A DNA stretch of 56,306 nucleotides, counting the filler, from Trypethelium eluteriae (Eukaryota): the NCBI GenBank assembly GCA_051942245.1. It is 4 parts of 4 records of this genome, joined end to end, with 100 filler letters (N's around TTAATTAATTAA, not from the genome) between each part and the next. Parts side by side here need not be neighbours in the genome. Positions count along the whole stretch, not along the records: positions 1 to 14,048 come from JAVECL010000707.1; positions 14,149 to 28,193 come from JAVECL010000708.1; 2 more parts are not named here. The stretch is one strand, 5' to 3'. Both the position numbers and the translations under genes were made by a program. The notes under the pieces were generated by a model. The model ran no database searches. It was not told the origin of the DNA and saw only the letters and a list, made by a program, of their open reading frames with translations. This document shows positions 13,171-24,691 of this stretch, piece by piece (within the stretch, counting starts at the first letter, position 1; the number at the start of each line of letters is the position of its first letter).

Positions 13171-13916
13171 GCCTGCATTCGCTGTTTATATTGTTCACAT
13201 TTCTCTACTCATACTCGTACGAATTGGGTTACACGGTCTATCAAAATTTCGTACTACGGACTAAATTTGGTGCAATGGACGGGTTTTGATGATTCTAGGG
13301 CGAATAAAGCGCTTCAATTGGGTGGTGGTTATTTGGAGTTCTGAGTGGGTTTTCAGGACATGCAGTTTGTCAGGCTTTGAGATCTGTTAATAGTAATGAC
13401 AGCCAATAATCGATAATCGATTACTGTTTTAAATCTATTAATCCAGTTTCACTTTTCTTCCAACCCTATTCTTGTTGTAGTGATTCTGAGTGGTCTCCAA
13501 ACTAGGCTATTGAATAGGTCATATTTTACAATCATCCAAGCATAAGCTCATTAAGGAAGCACTGTGCCTTATGCCATGATCTCATCACCGTTTTGACCGC
13601 ATTGTTTTGAGGATGGCCCACTTGATTTTGCTTCCATGTCGAGCCGTGTCCATCATGATAAGATGATGAGCATGCTGTACGGAAGATCTTTCAACAGACC
13701 TGCTACAACTCTTTTTTCTAAACGAAGCTTGGTGCAAAACGTATGACCTTGGTTTCAGTCCATCTTCTTTCCATGAGTCAACGTAGTCAAGCAAGGAGGT
13801 TGAGTGGATCATCAGAAAGTCTAGATCTCTCCTAGAACGCCGGATTTCACCAGCGCTTTTGCCAACTTGAAACTTCTATATTCCCTGAATCGCTTACGCA
13901 GAACGCCACCCGATCA

Positions 13917-14048
13917 TCAACAAGTACCTCCCACTATCTCCAGCTTCCCCTCCTTCTCCTCCACATACCTCACCAAATCCTCAATCGTGCAAACCCTCAA
14001 CCCCCATCTCTCCCCAAACGCCAAACACTCATCCCTCCGCATCATGCC
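13917..14048 (-). CDS. RIB3: 3' end of 3,4-dihydroxy-2-butanone 4-phosphate synthase (riboflavin biosynthesis), cut by contig end
   Basis: Minus-strand translation GMMRRDECLAFGERWGLRVCTIEDLVRYVEEKEGKLEIVGGTC-stop resembles the fungal DHBP synthase C-terminus. Not in the ORF track because it is short. Confidence 0.8.
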   Translation of the reverse strand, partial: GMMRRDECLAFGERWGLRVCTIEDLVRYVEEKEGKLEIVGGTC

Positions 14049-14148
14049 NNNNNNNNNNNNNNNNNNNNNNNNNNNNNNNNNNNNNNNNNNNNTTAATTAA
14101 TTAANNNNNNNNNNNNNNNNNNNNNNNNNNNNNNNNNNNNNNNNNNNN
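14049..14148. other. Artificial contig-join spacer
   Basis: 44 N + TTAATTAATTAA (stops in all six frames) + 44 N. Confidence 0.98.
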
Positions 14149-14779
14149 ACGGCGCCCCCGCCCGCCACACCCTCACCATAACCCCGCTGTACAGCTCCGC
14201 AATCACGCGGCTCGACCGCGCCTTCCAGGACTTCATCTCGTGCCGCAAGGTGTACCTGCACTCGAGCCCGCGGCCGTCACGCCGCGACGTCGACGCCATC
14301 CAGGACGCGCTGAGCGTGCACTACGAGCGGCATATCGGCCCACTTGGCGCTGAAGAGTCGCATCGCCGGCGGATACGCGATCTGGATGCGACGGTGCGGC
14401 TGCTGAATGAGACGGTCAAGGAGGGGTATCGCTATATGCGGGCGAAGGGGTTTCGGAAGGTGGATTGGTTGAGGTCGGTGGTGTTGGCGGCGGATGATGG
14501 GTTGATTTGTATGAGGGAGGTTTATGGGGTAGGCATTGCTGAGACTCTTTTCTGTTTTGATGGGGGAGTGCGTGGGTTTTGAAGGGACGCTGATGAGATT
14601 GTGTATAGGAGACGAAGAGGTTCCTTGTCGGTGAGCAAGTCTCGCATGATTGGCTGGTGGAGGAGATGTCGGCGCTGGGGATGGAGGAGCATTTGGGGAC
14701 GTTCCTGGAGGAGATGGATCTGGTGGATCGTAATGGGAAACTTATCTGCGATGGTCTAGTCAATCTGTCGCTGAATTGA
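14149..14779 (+). CDS. 3' part of a hypothetical protein (5' end lost at contig start; one intron ~14529-14608)
   Basis: Open frame from the contig start (GAPARHTLTITPLYSSAITRLDRAFQDF...CMREVYG), GTAGG donor, CTGAT branch and TAG acceptor, then ETKRFLVGEQVSHDWLVEEM...LVNLSLN-stop. Confidence 0.6.
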
Positions 14780-15609
14780 GGCGACAGTATTTTGCGATTC
14801 GAGAGGTCAAGAATTGGCAATTCGATCACAAACAGCTTTCGTGAGAAAGGATCTAGGGCATCGTCGTGAGGAATGGTTAGAGGTCTTATCACAAAAGAAA
14901 CAATACTTCAGATGTCATTTTAGGGCTCACGGAATCCGGGCCTTGCCGATGAATACGAGGCTCAAACACACGAATGGGACCTGAGACTAGGAAGATAATC
15001 TCGCGATAGGAAACGCTTAGGTAGGAACGCGTGGTAGGAGCGAACAATGTCAGGGTGGTCGGTGTCTCGTGGTGATGGGGATGAGATGACGTTTGAGCTT
15101 GAAGCAAAGCTTGTCTGGGGAAGATCCTGTTCGTCGATCCCGTCGATCGTTCGCCTCACCACCAAACTCCTCCCCTCAATTAGAAACCTTATTTAGAGTT
15201 GCAACTTGAGCCGCGCGCTTCAACAGACGAGATCTGGATAAGATATACGACGCTATGGTTTCAATAGGCAAGGCTGACACCAGGGTCTACTCTAACGACT
15301 GCTGTTCTTCGCCAACTTTGGCCATTAGGAGTACTCCAGCTAAGAAGCTCACATATGACTGTGACGGTTTCCCACGAGGAGAAACACGAGGAAGTTTGGG
15401 ATTTTGGCAGCGTGCAAGAAGGCCCAAGTAAATTCACTGAGATGCAACGACTCGTGTAGACAAATACCGGCTATGCCCCCAGCACGCGAGATGACCGTTT
15501 GGTAGGAACAATATTTCATCTCTGATGTCTACATTTCCATCTTGAATCTTTGCTTGCACGAGCCTTCTTCAAAACCTCAGTAATAATTTCCTCCAACATC
15601 TCCTTCGCC

Positions 15610-17104
15610 ATGGAGTCTCCTCTCACCCCTCCACCCCACACTCACCTCCATGAATCCCGCATTCCAGGCCTGCTCTTCGCCAACGTCTTCACATTCTCCT
15701 TCGCACTCATCATTGTCATTCTTCGTTTCGTCTCCCGCCGCTTATCGCATCTTCCCTTCTGGTGGGATGACTACCTGATGCTGCCGGCCCTCGTTGCCGC
15801 GGCGGTCCTCTTCTTCACCGATACCGTCTACATGGTGAACAACGGACTCGGCCGCCACATTTACGTCGCCCCAGATCCCCCGACTGCCGCTGTGCGCTGG
15901 GCCATCGGGCTGTTCGTCACCGAAATCAGCTACACGCTGACCATTGTCATGGTGAAGTTCTCGGTGCTCGTGATGTATTGGCGTATCTTTCGGGAGAGCA
16001 AGACGGTCCGCATTGCGATTTATGTCCTGGGCGGCGTGGTGGCCGCGTGGGGAGTGGCGTTTCTACTTGTCACGATCTTCGACTGTTCGCCTGTGAAGGG
16101 CGCCTGGACGCGATTCTCCATGGAGGCCGTGATGAATCCGGCAATGGCACCTGTGTGTAGGGTACAGGCTGAGCCCGCATATCTCTCGAACTCAGCCATA
16201 AACATTGTGACGGATATCGCCATCTTGATCCTGCCGATGTACCAGGTTTGGCAGCTCAATCTTCCAAGGGCGCAAAAGCTCGCTGTATGTGGCATCTTCG
16301 CCATTGGCATTTTGTAAGTCTCGACTCTTCACGCTCCCAATGCTATCATTGATGGGGTTTGGGACTCAACGGCTTTTCAGCTCGACTCAGGTCGTCCGTT
16401 CGAGCTTGGAGCTAGTTGGTGCTCGACATTGCTGATCTTAACTGACGGCCTGCAGTGACATAGGCGTGGCCATATCTCGCTTCGTCTTCATCATCCAATT
16501 CGAGCTCAACCTCCTCAAGTCTCTTGATGTTACCTGGACTTTCGTCAATACGCAAATCTGGAGTGCTGTCGAGATCAACACGGGGATCATATGCTCCTCC
16601 CTTGCCTCCCTCCGACCGCTCCTCAACCTCATTCTCTATGGGTCTGTTGATCGCCCAGACTCAGGCTCGAGTCGCAGCCCCAAGGCAAGGACGGAGTCTA
16701 CCACCCCACTCCAGAAACCTAGATCAAGGCCGCGCAAATCATCGCAGAACTCTGGCTCATTCTTCGAGCAGCATCGATCGATTCTCGGATCCGTGAGGTC
16801 CTGGTCCTCAAGGTCAAAGGATCGAATTCGGATGGCGAGTGCATGGCCAGCACATTATTTGCGCATGCGTAACGATGTCTCAGGGCCGGAAGTGCGCGTA
16901 GGGAGTCGCACATTTACCATGATTACAAGGGTCGACCACAACGCACCACCGGCGAATGTGAGTCGGCAGGTCTCGGTGCGGAAGGCGAGTCTAAGGACGC
17001 AGGAGGAAATTAAGAAAAGTGTGCAGAAGGCGTATGATGGAATTAGCGTATGGACAGAGATTGATGTTGACGGAGAGAGCGACAAGAGTAAAGGTCCGGT
17101 CTAG
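15610..17104 (+). CDS. PTH11-like fungal rhodopsin-domain integral membrane protein (no CFEM domain); exons 15610-16313 and 16456-17104
   Basis: About seven hydrophobic segments with family motifs LRFVSR, WWDDY, GLGRH, KFSVLVMYWRIF, NIVTDIAILILP and WSAVEINTGIICSSL; intron GTAAGT...CTGAC...CAG keeps the frame. Confidence 0.9.
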
Positions 17105-17445
17105 CCGAGGAACTATCGTACTCCTTATGGCAAGAGATGCAGAGGTGGGAGATACGGATGCGGCGTCGCTTAAGGCGTGTAGCCTTGGGGAAGCTTTGCA
17201 TTTAATCCCTATCGGCCATATCTGGGCCAAAAACACCCATTTCTAAGGGCAAAGTGTGATCCGGAGCGTCGTAATAGATTCATGGTGAACGAAATAAGCC
17301 AGAAGCCTTCCGCACTGTTTGGCTATGATACCTTGTACAAATAAGTATTGGGGGTTTTAGGGCGTTTTTGGTCTGTATACTACAATTCGTGGAGCAATCC
17401 TCATTCCGTGATACATCTTACTCGGCCTACTCTATCTTCAGCCTC

Positions 17446-18630
17446 TCATCTTGCGATCGTGCGTAGAGAGTTGCCCATGCCTCTTGAAGCTGTCTTTTCT
17501 GCCCTGTCTTTCAGGTTTGTCCTGATCTTTGGATAATTTTCTCGTCTCTTCGCCTCTTCATTATCTAATTCTCCCGTCTTCCCTTCAATTGTGCTTTGTT
17601 GCTTGCCCGACTCCACTAGGTCCGAAGATACTGCAGGTACTAGAGTTCTACCTTGTAACTCATCATGCGAACCCATCGAGTGCAAGTCAGGAGTCGGGAT
17701 CGCCGACGGTAGCGATTTCATTTTAGCAGGCCAAGGGTGTCTGGTCGACGAAGTCGAGCTCTGCTTGCGCTGAGGCGGCCTTTGGGCTGCTATACATCCA
17801 GAAGAACTTTGCCCGCTCTCCCTTTCCACGGTGTCCTCAGGGAGCTCGACAGGATTCATTGGGGTCTGGGTGGACGGCAATTCGAGTACCATCGCATCCC
17901 CATGAAGTTCAGCCTTTTTGGCAGTCATGGTCCCGGTATCATCAAGCTCGGGCTTCTCGTTGATTCTATTGTCGAGCGGCGAGACAGTGCCGAGAATCCC
18001 GCTGTACCATCCCTTTTTGGTGGGCGAAGTGCGACGAGTCCGTCCAGAACGTCGCCACCACCAAAAAAAGAGACAGAATAACATACTAAGAGCGAAGAAG
18101 ACGCCAATCACGATACCAGCGGTAGCGCCGTTGGATAGTCCTGACGATGGTTTCGACGTTTCTGTTGGCTGTGAAAGTGTTGGTGCTGGAGTTGAGCTAC
18201 AAGATGACTGAGAGCAGGCTTGCTTGATAGAAGTAGGAGTTACTGTCGAGCTTAGAGTAACCACAGTAGAGACGGAAGTAAGCGTGACAGAAGTGAGTGT
18301 GACGAAAACCGTTGACGAAGTGGTGCCAACCTGGATAGTAGCGATAGGGGATACTGCTGCAGTTTCGGGTGTGAGCGGAAGAGCAGGCCTCTCAACAAGA
18401 CTAAAAAGTCTGGTAGTTTGCCGTTTTCTTGGGGTGCCCTTGGGAAGAGTGGGACTCCAGGCTGTTGTCATTGTTGCGCTTACTTGGATATCACGTTCGG
18501 TCATACGCCGTAGTGCAGTATCCAGGATGGCCGTTGTGGCGAAGACGTCTTCTCTACTTCTCGTCGCGGATGCCCTGCTTAGAGGACTGGAGCTGGATAT
18601 GAGCGAGAGATAACGCATGTTGGGAGGCAA
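17446..18630 (-). CDS. Ser/Thr-rich single-pass membrane protein (Mid2/SKG6-like architecture); start codon uncertain
   Basis: S/T-rich stalk, TM segment GLSNGATAGIVIGVFFALSMLFCLFFWWW followed by basic RRSGRTRR, and a cytoplasmic tail with ELD/ELH/ELP motifs. Confidence 0.7.
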   Translation of the reverse strand: MPPNMRYLSLISSSSPLSRASATRSREDVFATTAILDTALRRMTERDIQVSATMTTAWSPTLPKGTPRKRQTTRLFSLVERPALPLTPETAAVSPIATIQVGTTSSTVFVTLTSVTLTSVSTVVTLSSTVTPTSIKQACSQSSCSSTPAPTLSQPTETSKPSSGLSNGATAGIVIGVFFALSMLFCLFFWWWRRSGRTRRTSPTKKGWYSGILGTVSPLDNRINEKPELDDTGTMTAKKAELHGDAMVLELPSTQTPMNPVELPEDTVERESGQSSSGCIAAQRPPQRKQSSTSSTRHPWPAKMKSLPSAIPTPDLHSMGSHDELQGRTLVPAVSSDLVESGKQQSTIEGKTGELDNEEAKRRENYPKIRTNLKDRAEKTASRGMGNSLRTIAR

Positions 18631-20641
18631 AAGTCATACTTATCCGGATCCTCAAAGCTCCATGCTTGTAGAAAAGTCTGATCACCCATGCTGGCCTGTG
18701 TACCATCCGTCTTGAGATTAAGTTCGCTCCTGTCCAGCATCGAGCTCGCGATGCAAGACAAAGAAGTTAGAAAAGGGATACGACTGAAGACTTTGTGCCC
18801 GTTTTGCTAGTAGTCTGGGAATAACAAATTCCGAAGCTACTTGGAAGAGACATACTGAGATTTTACAACGCAGTAATGGTGCACATGCCGCCACGGCTGA
18901 GACAGGTTCCTTGAGCTGCAATAGGGATGGTTTCAGCCCAGGACCTTCCAACGCCACCTATTGACCTTGGAAATACTGAACCATCAGCCTGATCGGTGCG
19001 AAGATACGCCGACGAATAAGGCTGATCCAATCGTGAAGGTTTGATGGTGGATGATCAGGCGTCTCGCATGGTCTGAAACCCCATTCTCGTTGATTTTAGC
19101 ACGGAGCTGAGCCATCTTTAATTATAGACATGATTTTACGGTAAATATTGAAGCACAGCAATCTGTGTCTGCCGACCTTCTTCCACATGCCTGAGTATGT
19201 TTGGATCGATACAAGAAAATACAGTTCGATTCCCGATGACTGTTGATTGATAAGAAAAGACACAAAACTGCCTCTTATCTGCAGCATAAACCATTGACCG
19301 GTGAGCCATACAAAGATTCTGGTATCGAAATATTGTTATCGAACCGAAGGAAACTGGTACAAGGTACGATAAGCTTGCTTTTCGCCCCCACCGTGTAAGA
19401 CTGAGGAGAATCCGGGCAATGTCGCTTTGCAGCCAGCGAGAGCCATAAGTTGACGCGTGCTCGCGCAAAGCTGGGTTCGGCGCTTTTGGTCAAGCGTTCG
19501 TGCGGGATCACCACGATCCTTTGTGGCATTGCCCGATTCGAAAGTCCCTACGAGTCAATTTTTCACTTATCGAAGCAGAACAATTCCTAATAGCCGTCCA
19601 GAGTAGATACAAGCAGTGGACGCGTGCTTTCGATATCTCAGTCCATCTTGTTGAAGTCCATTCCAGGTAAAGATTCGTGTAGTCATTTGCAACATCGCCG
19701 TAAGTGGCCTGGGACTCGATATCAAGTCCGCTCCTGCTTTTTGTCGTGCTCATCATCCGTCCGCCTGTCTGTGAAGGGATTAAGAATGCTCAATTGCTGA
19801 ATGTGACCGAAGTCGTTTGCGAATACTTGTTTGCTTCAATAAGAATCAAATAGCAATTGATGCATTCAGAGTAACTGTTACGTGATTCATCGATGCTATC
19901 GATTCTGGCAGGTGGAGCACAGTTTGGTCTGGAGGCAGGCAGTTACCAGGGACGAGAGGAGGCAGTTTCATCCCTATTCGCTAGGTGTATATAGCTTCTA
20001 GCTACTACCTAGATTCTAGAGAATCCATCCTCTTCTCTGATTTCATGTCAGTAACTGCTAACAAAGTTATCTGACCAAGTACATGCAAAGGCATACCTCG
20101 TTTCTTCTGGGAAGCCATATTCTGAAATGGGTGCAGCGGCTTATGAGAACATCCTTCCTATTGAGCGCTTTGATTAGTTTACTCGAGAGTGCTTGTCATA
20201 CTGCGAGGGTTGGACATCAACTGCTGTTTGAGAAATAGCGTAGCTGTCAGCTCTATACGGGCTTTGCACCAATCTTGTCAAATCGTGATTCCAAAGGTCC
20301 TTGAAGCTGCCTATCATCCAAGACATGTCAGTTATCAGCATTATTACCTTCTCACTTTGGGCTCAATCAGCTCCAAAAACCAGCTTGCGTATCCTGAAAC
20401 TGAAGGCTCGAGGAGCACTCACGAGATCAAAGCCTTCTCACTTCTCGCTTAGTTCTCCGTGTAAACTTCATCCAAAACTTCATCCTCGCTTTACTTGATC
20501 TTCTCTTTATAGATACGGTGATCTATTGCCAGGCGCTACGCAACGCCAATACTTGACCAGTCCCTCATCTCATTCTCTCTCGGGTCAATATCTTGTGATA
20601 TTTGCAAGCGAAGAAGCCCATAGCCACGGGTGAAAGAAACC

Positions 20642-21805
20642 ATGGCTTCGACTGCGCCAAAAACTGGTCCGTACTTCGACCTCCTCAATAAGCAACGCAT
20701 TCAAGTGCAAGATTTGCAGCATAAGTACTTCCAATGTAATCACCATCTCAACCGCGTCTTCAAACACTGACCCGCTAACACTTTGGTATTAGGCGGACTT
20801 GAGAAGTCGAGTCTGGAAGAAGAAATCAATGCTTCTGTAGAACACCTCATAGCAGAGAGCAATATTAGGCTCCAGACCCAAGATTCTGTGCTTTTTCCTG
20901 GAGAAGAAAAGCTCCATTCGCATTCCCTCGCTACTGGTCCGGGACGTCCATGGTCAATGAACTTCTGGAAATATGTGCTTGCTTCTCTCTCCATACCAGA
21001 TGACATTAAGGTCGTGTTAGACCATTGTTCAGAGCAGTCTGGAGGCGGCAAGGATGAGAAATCTGACGCCTCCGCTGGAACTGCTAGAATGGTCCTCGTC
21101 ATACATCATCACTGGCAAGGCCACTGGTTTCTTGTTTGCTTGAGGAACGAGGCATGTGGAGGAGAAAAAATCTCTACGTTACAGCTTTTGGATCCGACGC
21201 GTGCATATCGCAGTGCAGAGAACTACAGTCTCGCTTATAGAGCATACAAGGATCGCTTGAATGGCAATGATGTAACTCTCAGGCTCGCGGAGGACTTTCT
21301 TGATTTTGTAAGCGAGCTGCCTTTTGCATTGAAATGACCTTGAGAGTAACCATTGTTGCAGCGGGGATATGCACTTCCCAGAGACGACAGCACAGAAAGC
21401 GGCACGGTAACATATTGGAATCTCTGTCGTTGCATCGGTGTCCTCCCCGAGGATACTCTCGCGCCTTCGGATTGGAATACCATGCGCCTTCACGCGCTTC
21501 TTCAGATTCGAAGCCGACATCTTCCCGTGCTCACCGAGGCCATCAAGAATGAACAGGCCAGAAAGGCCACTCATCCGGGCTCTCCTGGTTTGAAAACTGC
21601 TCTTTCGTTATTTGATCCTTTGGAAATCGCTACTGAGGATCTTGCCACTGCGCAATCTGCCCGTGAGGAAATTGCTCCTGTGCAAACTGCTCCTGTGCAA
21701 ATTGCTCCTTTGGAAATTGACGACGAAGGCCATTTGAACGATAAATTGCAAGCGACCAAGGTCGTGGATCAATCTCCCCGTAAGAAACGCAAGCGGTGGC
21801 AATGA
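20642..21805 (+). CDS. Ulp1/C48-peptidase-like protein, probably catalytically inactive; exons 20642-20735, 20793-21307, 21362-21805
   Basis: Two introns keep the frame (first has a GCTAAC branch site). Motifs MVLVIHHHWQGHWFLVCL and LQLLDP, and RDDSTESG where Ulp1 enzymes have QxDxxDCG. C-terminal basic NLS-like PRKKRKR. Confidence 0.6.
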
Positions 21806-24691
21806 AAGGAAGCGAGTCTGCAGACTGGACATGCCGAACCCCATAGAAAGGGTCAAATACCCTCAAAGTCAGGGATAAAGGACGGTTCCTAGATATGAGA
21901 CTGGGAGGCAGGAGTTCCAAGGCAAGCAACTAGCAGGAATGCATCGCAAAGAGAGTTGCGATACCTTGGAGACTGTGGGTTTGTTAGGAGTTGATAGACA
22001 ATGCAGTGATTTAGAGGCCAAATCTTAGAGAAGTTCCTTCTGTATCAACTAGCCGTGAACGTGTGACGCATACACCACTTCGCGTGATTTTGTGCGAGGC
22101 TAACAAATGTTTGAACAATGGTAGAAAGCGCATCTCAAGGAGGGTCCTTATGCCGTCCTGTCGGCTGTGGAAAATCATCACGAATTGCACATGACGAGTG
22201 GATGTGGAGTCTTCGACCAGGAAGCTCAACGCAGATGTGTCAAACCATCCAGGTTGGGCAATTTGCCCGAGTTCTAAATGAGACTCTTGACCACGAAATT
22301 GAATCATAATGAGGTTGTCAACTAGTATCACGGTGATTTATGCGTTCAGGATTATGCGGATACCTTAATCTGAGCGATGTTTTGTACAGTTGGCCGGAAT
22401 TCTAGGTCATCATAACCGTGTCAACTTCCGGTAACTAGTTCCTTCCAGTCTGTAAAGTGACAAGGGCCACAATCCCATGGTCAGCGGGCGGGACGAATTT
22501 CGTCGAATTTCTGGAAAACAAAGCCCAGGGAAAAGCGTCCAGATCTTGGATCGACGGCGTCCAGTCAACCAGATCTCTCCAACTGTTTGCACCGTAGCGT
22601 CGATTATGCATCCGTCGATGATGATTTGTCTGGCGTGTCACGGCATGAAGAGCATGCGCCCACATATTCATGGCGTCGCGAGGGTTCCGTTCAGTTTGTA
22701 GGTAGAGTGTCGATGCCAATTTCCCATCTGCTGTGGAACGAAAAGGCGAGAAGCTATTCGAAGGATAGGGCTTGGGGAAGAGTTAGCCACAATGAGCAGG
22801 GGGGCGGCTGCCAGCAGTCCATGCCGTCTCGAGGGCCAACCACCAATTTTGGGTCAGCGTAGCGTGCATGGCCCAACAACACGGGTACTACCTTATTGTG
22901 CACATCATGCGCGGTAATCTCGTATCTGGCTAGGCTTGTAGATACAGAAGCTTTGATCCATGCGCCCCCCGTCCTTCTCTGCGTCCCGTATTACGGTACT
23001 GATTACCCCGTACTCCGTACTCGAGTGAGATTATTACTCTACTGGGCGGCGCAGTCCAGCCGGAAACACAAGAATAGACCAATCAGAGAAACCTGCCGCG
23101 TTTCAAGGCGCCCTCTCCACGGATGAGATGCTAAGATCGTTTTTGGAGTCTAACCACCCAAAATAGCTTTCTGGAGCGCCTTGAGCGAGCAGAATTACGG
23201 CCCATCTCGAGCACGTCATTGAGGCCAGGATGGGGTCCTGCGCAGGTGGGAGTGTGATTTGGCACGCGTATTGCATCGTCACGAGTTGACCTACTTGATG
23301 GGATGCGACAGCACAGCAGATGGCGTTCTGAGTTGATTGGATATGGTCGTCGAGATAAGCACTTTGCATCGCCAAGCAGTAAGGTCTATGTAGGCTGTCA
23401 CAGGTGGAGGGAGGAGTGGGCCAGGGATGGCTTTGTGCAGCCAGCTCATCTCGGACCATGACGCTGCTTATGGAAGGATTTGACTTTCATTACAGCAAGC
23501 CTTAACAAGCCTTCGCAAGCAGCACTTAATCTTTTCTGTGCGCCTCACCGACGGTTGATCGCTCATCCTTGTAACATGCAAGGCACTTTTTGTGGCTACC
23601 TCACATACTGCCAGCGCCTAGTCTTGATTAGGTTTAGAACGGATGAAGCCGATTATGCTTGGCACTTTCAGGGAACTTGGCACTCTGCGCCGCTCTGACT
23701 TTCACAACCTCGCTCTGCTCAGCTCGCCACTGCCACTCGCTCTTCTCACAATACCTTTCCATGAAGCTCATCAGGATGCCGAGTGAGAATCTGAAAGATC
23801 GAGTAATTCAGGCTTTCGAAGAGGTATCCATTCCAAATCAGGCGCCAGTCTCTGGCAGCGGCGTACTGTGTTTGCCCAGATCATGCAAGAGGCCAGAAAT
23901 CATGCACTTCCCGTCTCGCTTACGGCTACTTCCTTTAAGGAGGAAATACAGCCATCACTCAGCCTCCAGATGAAGGAAAGCGTAGGTAAACCATCTATAT
24001 TTGCCCCATGCATCACACAATTGGCGGAAGCCGTGGCCTTACCTGATGACAAGTATTTGGTCAGTATTGTTGGTCGTCTAGGTAAGCCCTCACCGGGGTC
24101 AAAATTCCATCATCCATGTCACCTTACGTCCTGTTCCAAGCCTCTCTACCATCCGCCCCTGATGCAGCCAACTAAAACTCGTACATCTTATCACTCGTAA
24201 CATCCCCTCATTCGTTAGTCCTATACTATCTGTGAATTTTCTTCGCGTCGCTCAGTCCATTCCTTCTCTTCTTCTATCCCTACAGATCTTAGCTCCTAAG
24301 TGAGTTCCTCAAAAGAAAAAAAAAACATTATCGTAGAAGGAAGCAAGAGTTGTCCGTCCAGCCTTTCAGTGGGCTTGGAGACCAGAACTGCAACACGTCT
24401 ACGACCGCTCCAACAATACTCATTGACGTCCACACCCTCGCCAACCCTCACAAGGATACCTAGTTTTGGTCAAAGAACAGAACATATAACAAAGATTTTT
24501 CATATTGTTGCATTTCCTTGAAAACAAGTAAGAGGCTTTGGAATGGAGCAGTGATGGGATTTGTGTCTACTAATACCTAGATAGTCCTTGACTCGCCCCG
24601 TCACGAAAGGGACGGTGTTCTGGTTTGCATTCATTCGGGGACGTCGACGAATCGATTCTCGACTGCTAGCTCGGACGGTTTTACCTTTATC

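Noticed and set aside
14093..14104. TTAATTAATTAA palindrome recurring three times about 14 kb apart
   Set aside because: Always flanked by exactly 44 N on each side; it is a six-frame-stop linker added when contigs were concatenated.
19096..19756. Overlapping minus-strand ORFs as a decayed gene
   Set aside because: Could not be joined into a coherent protein or assigned to a family.
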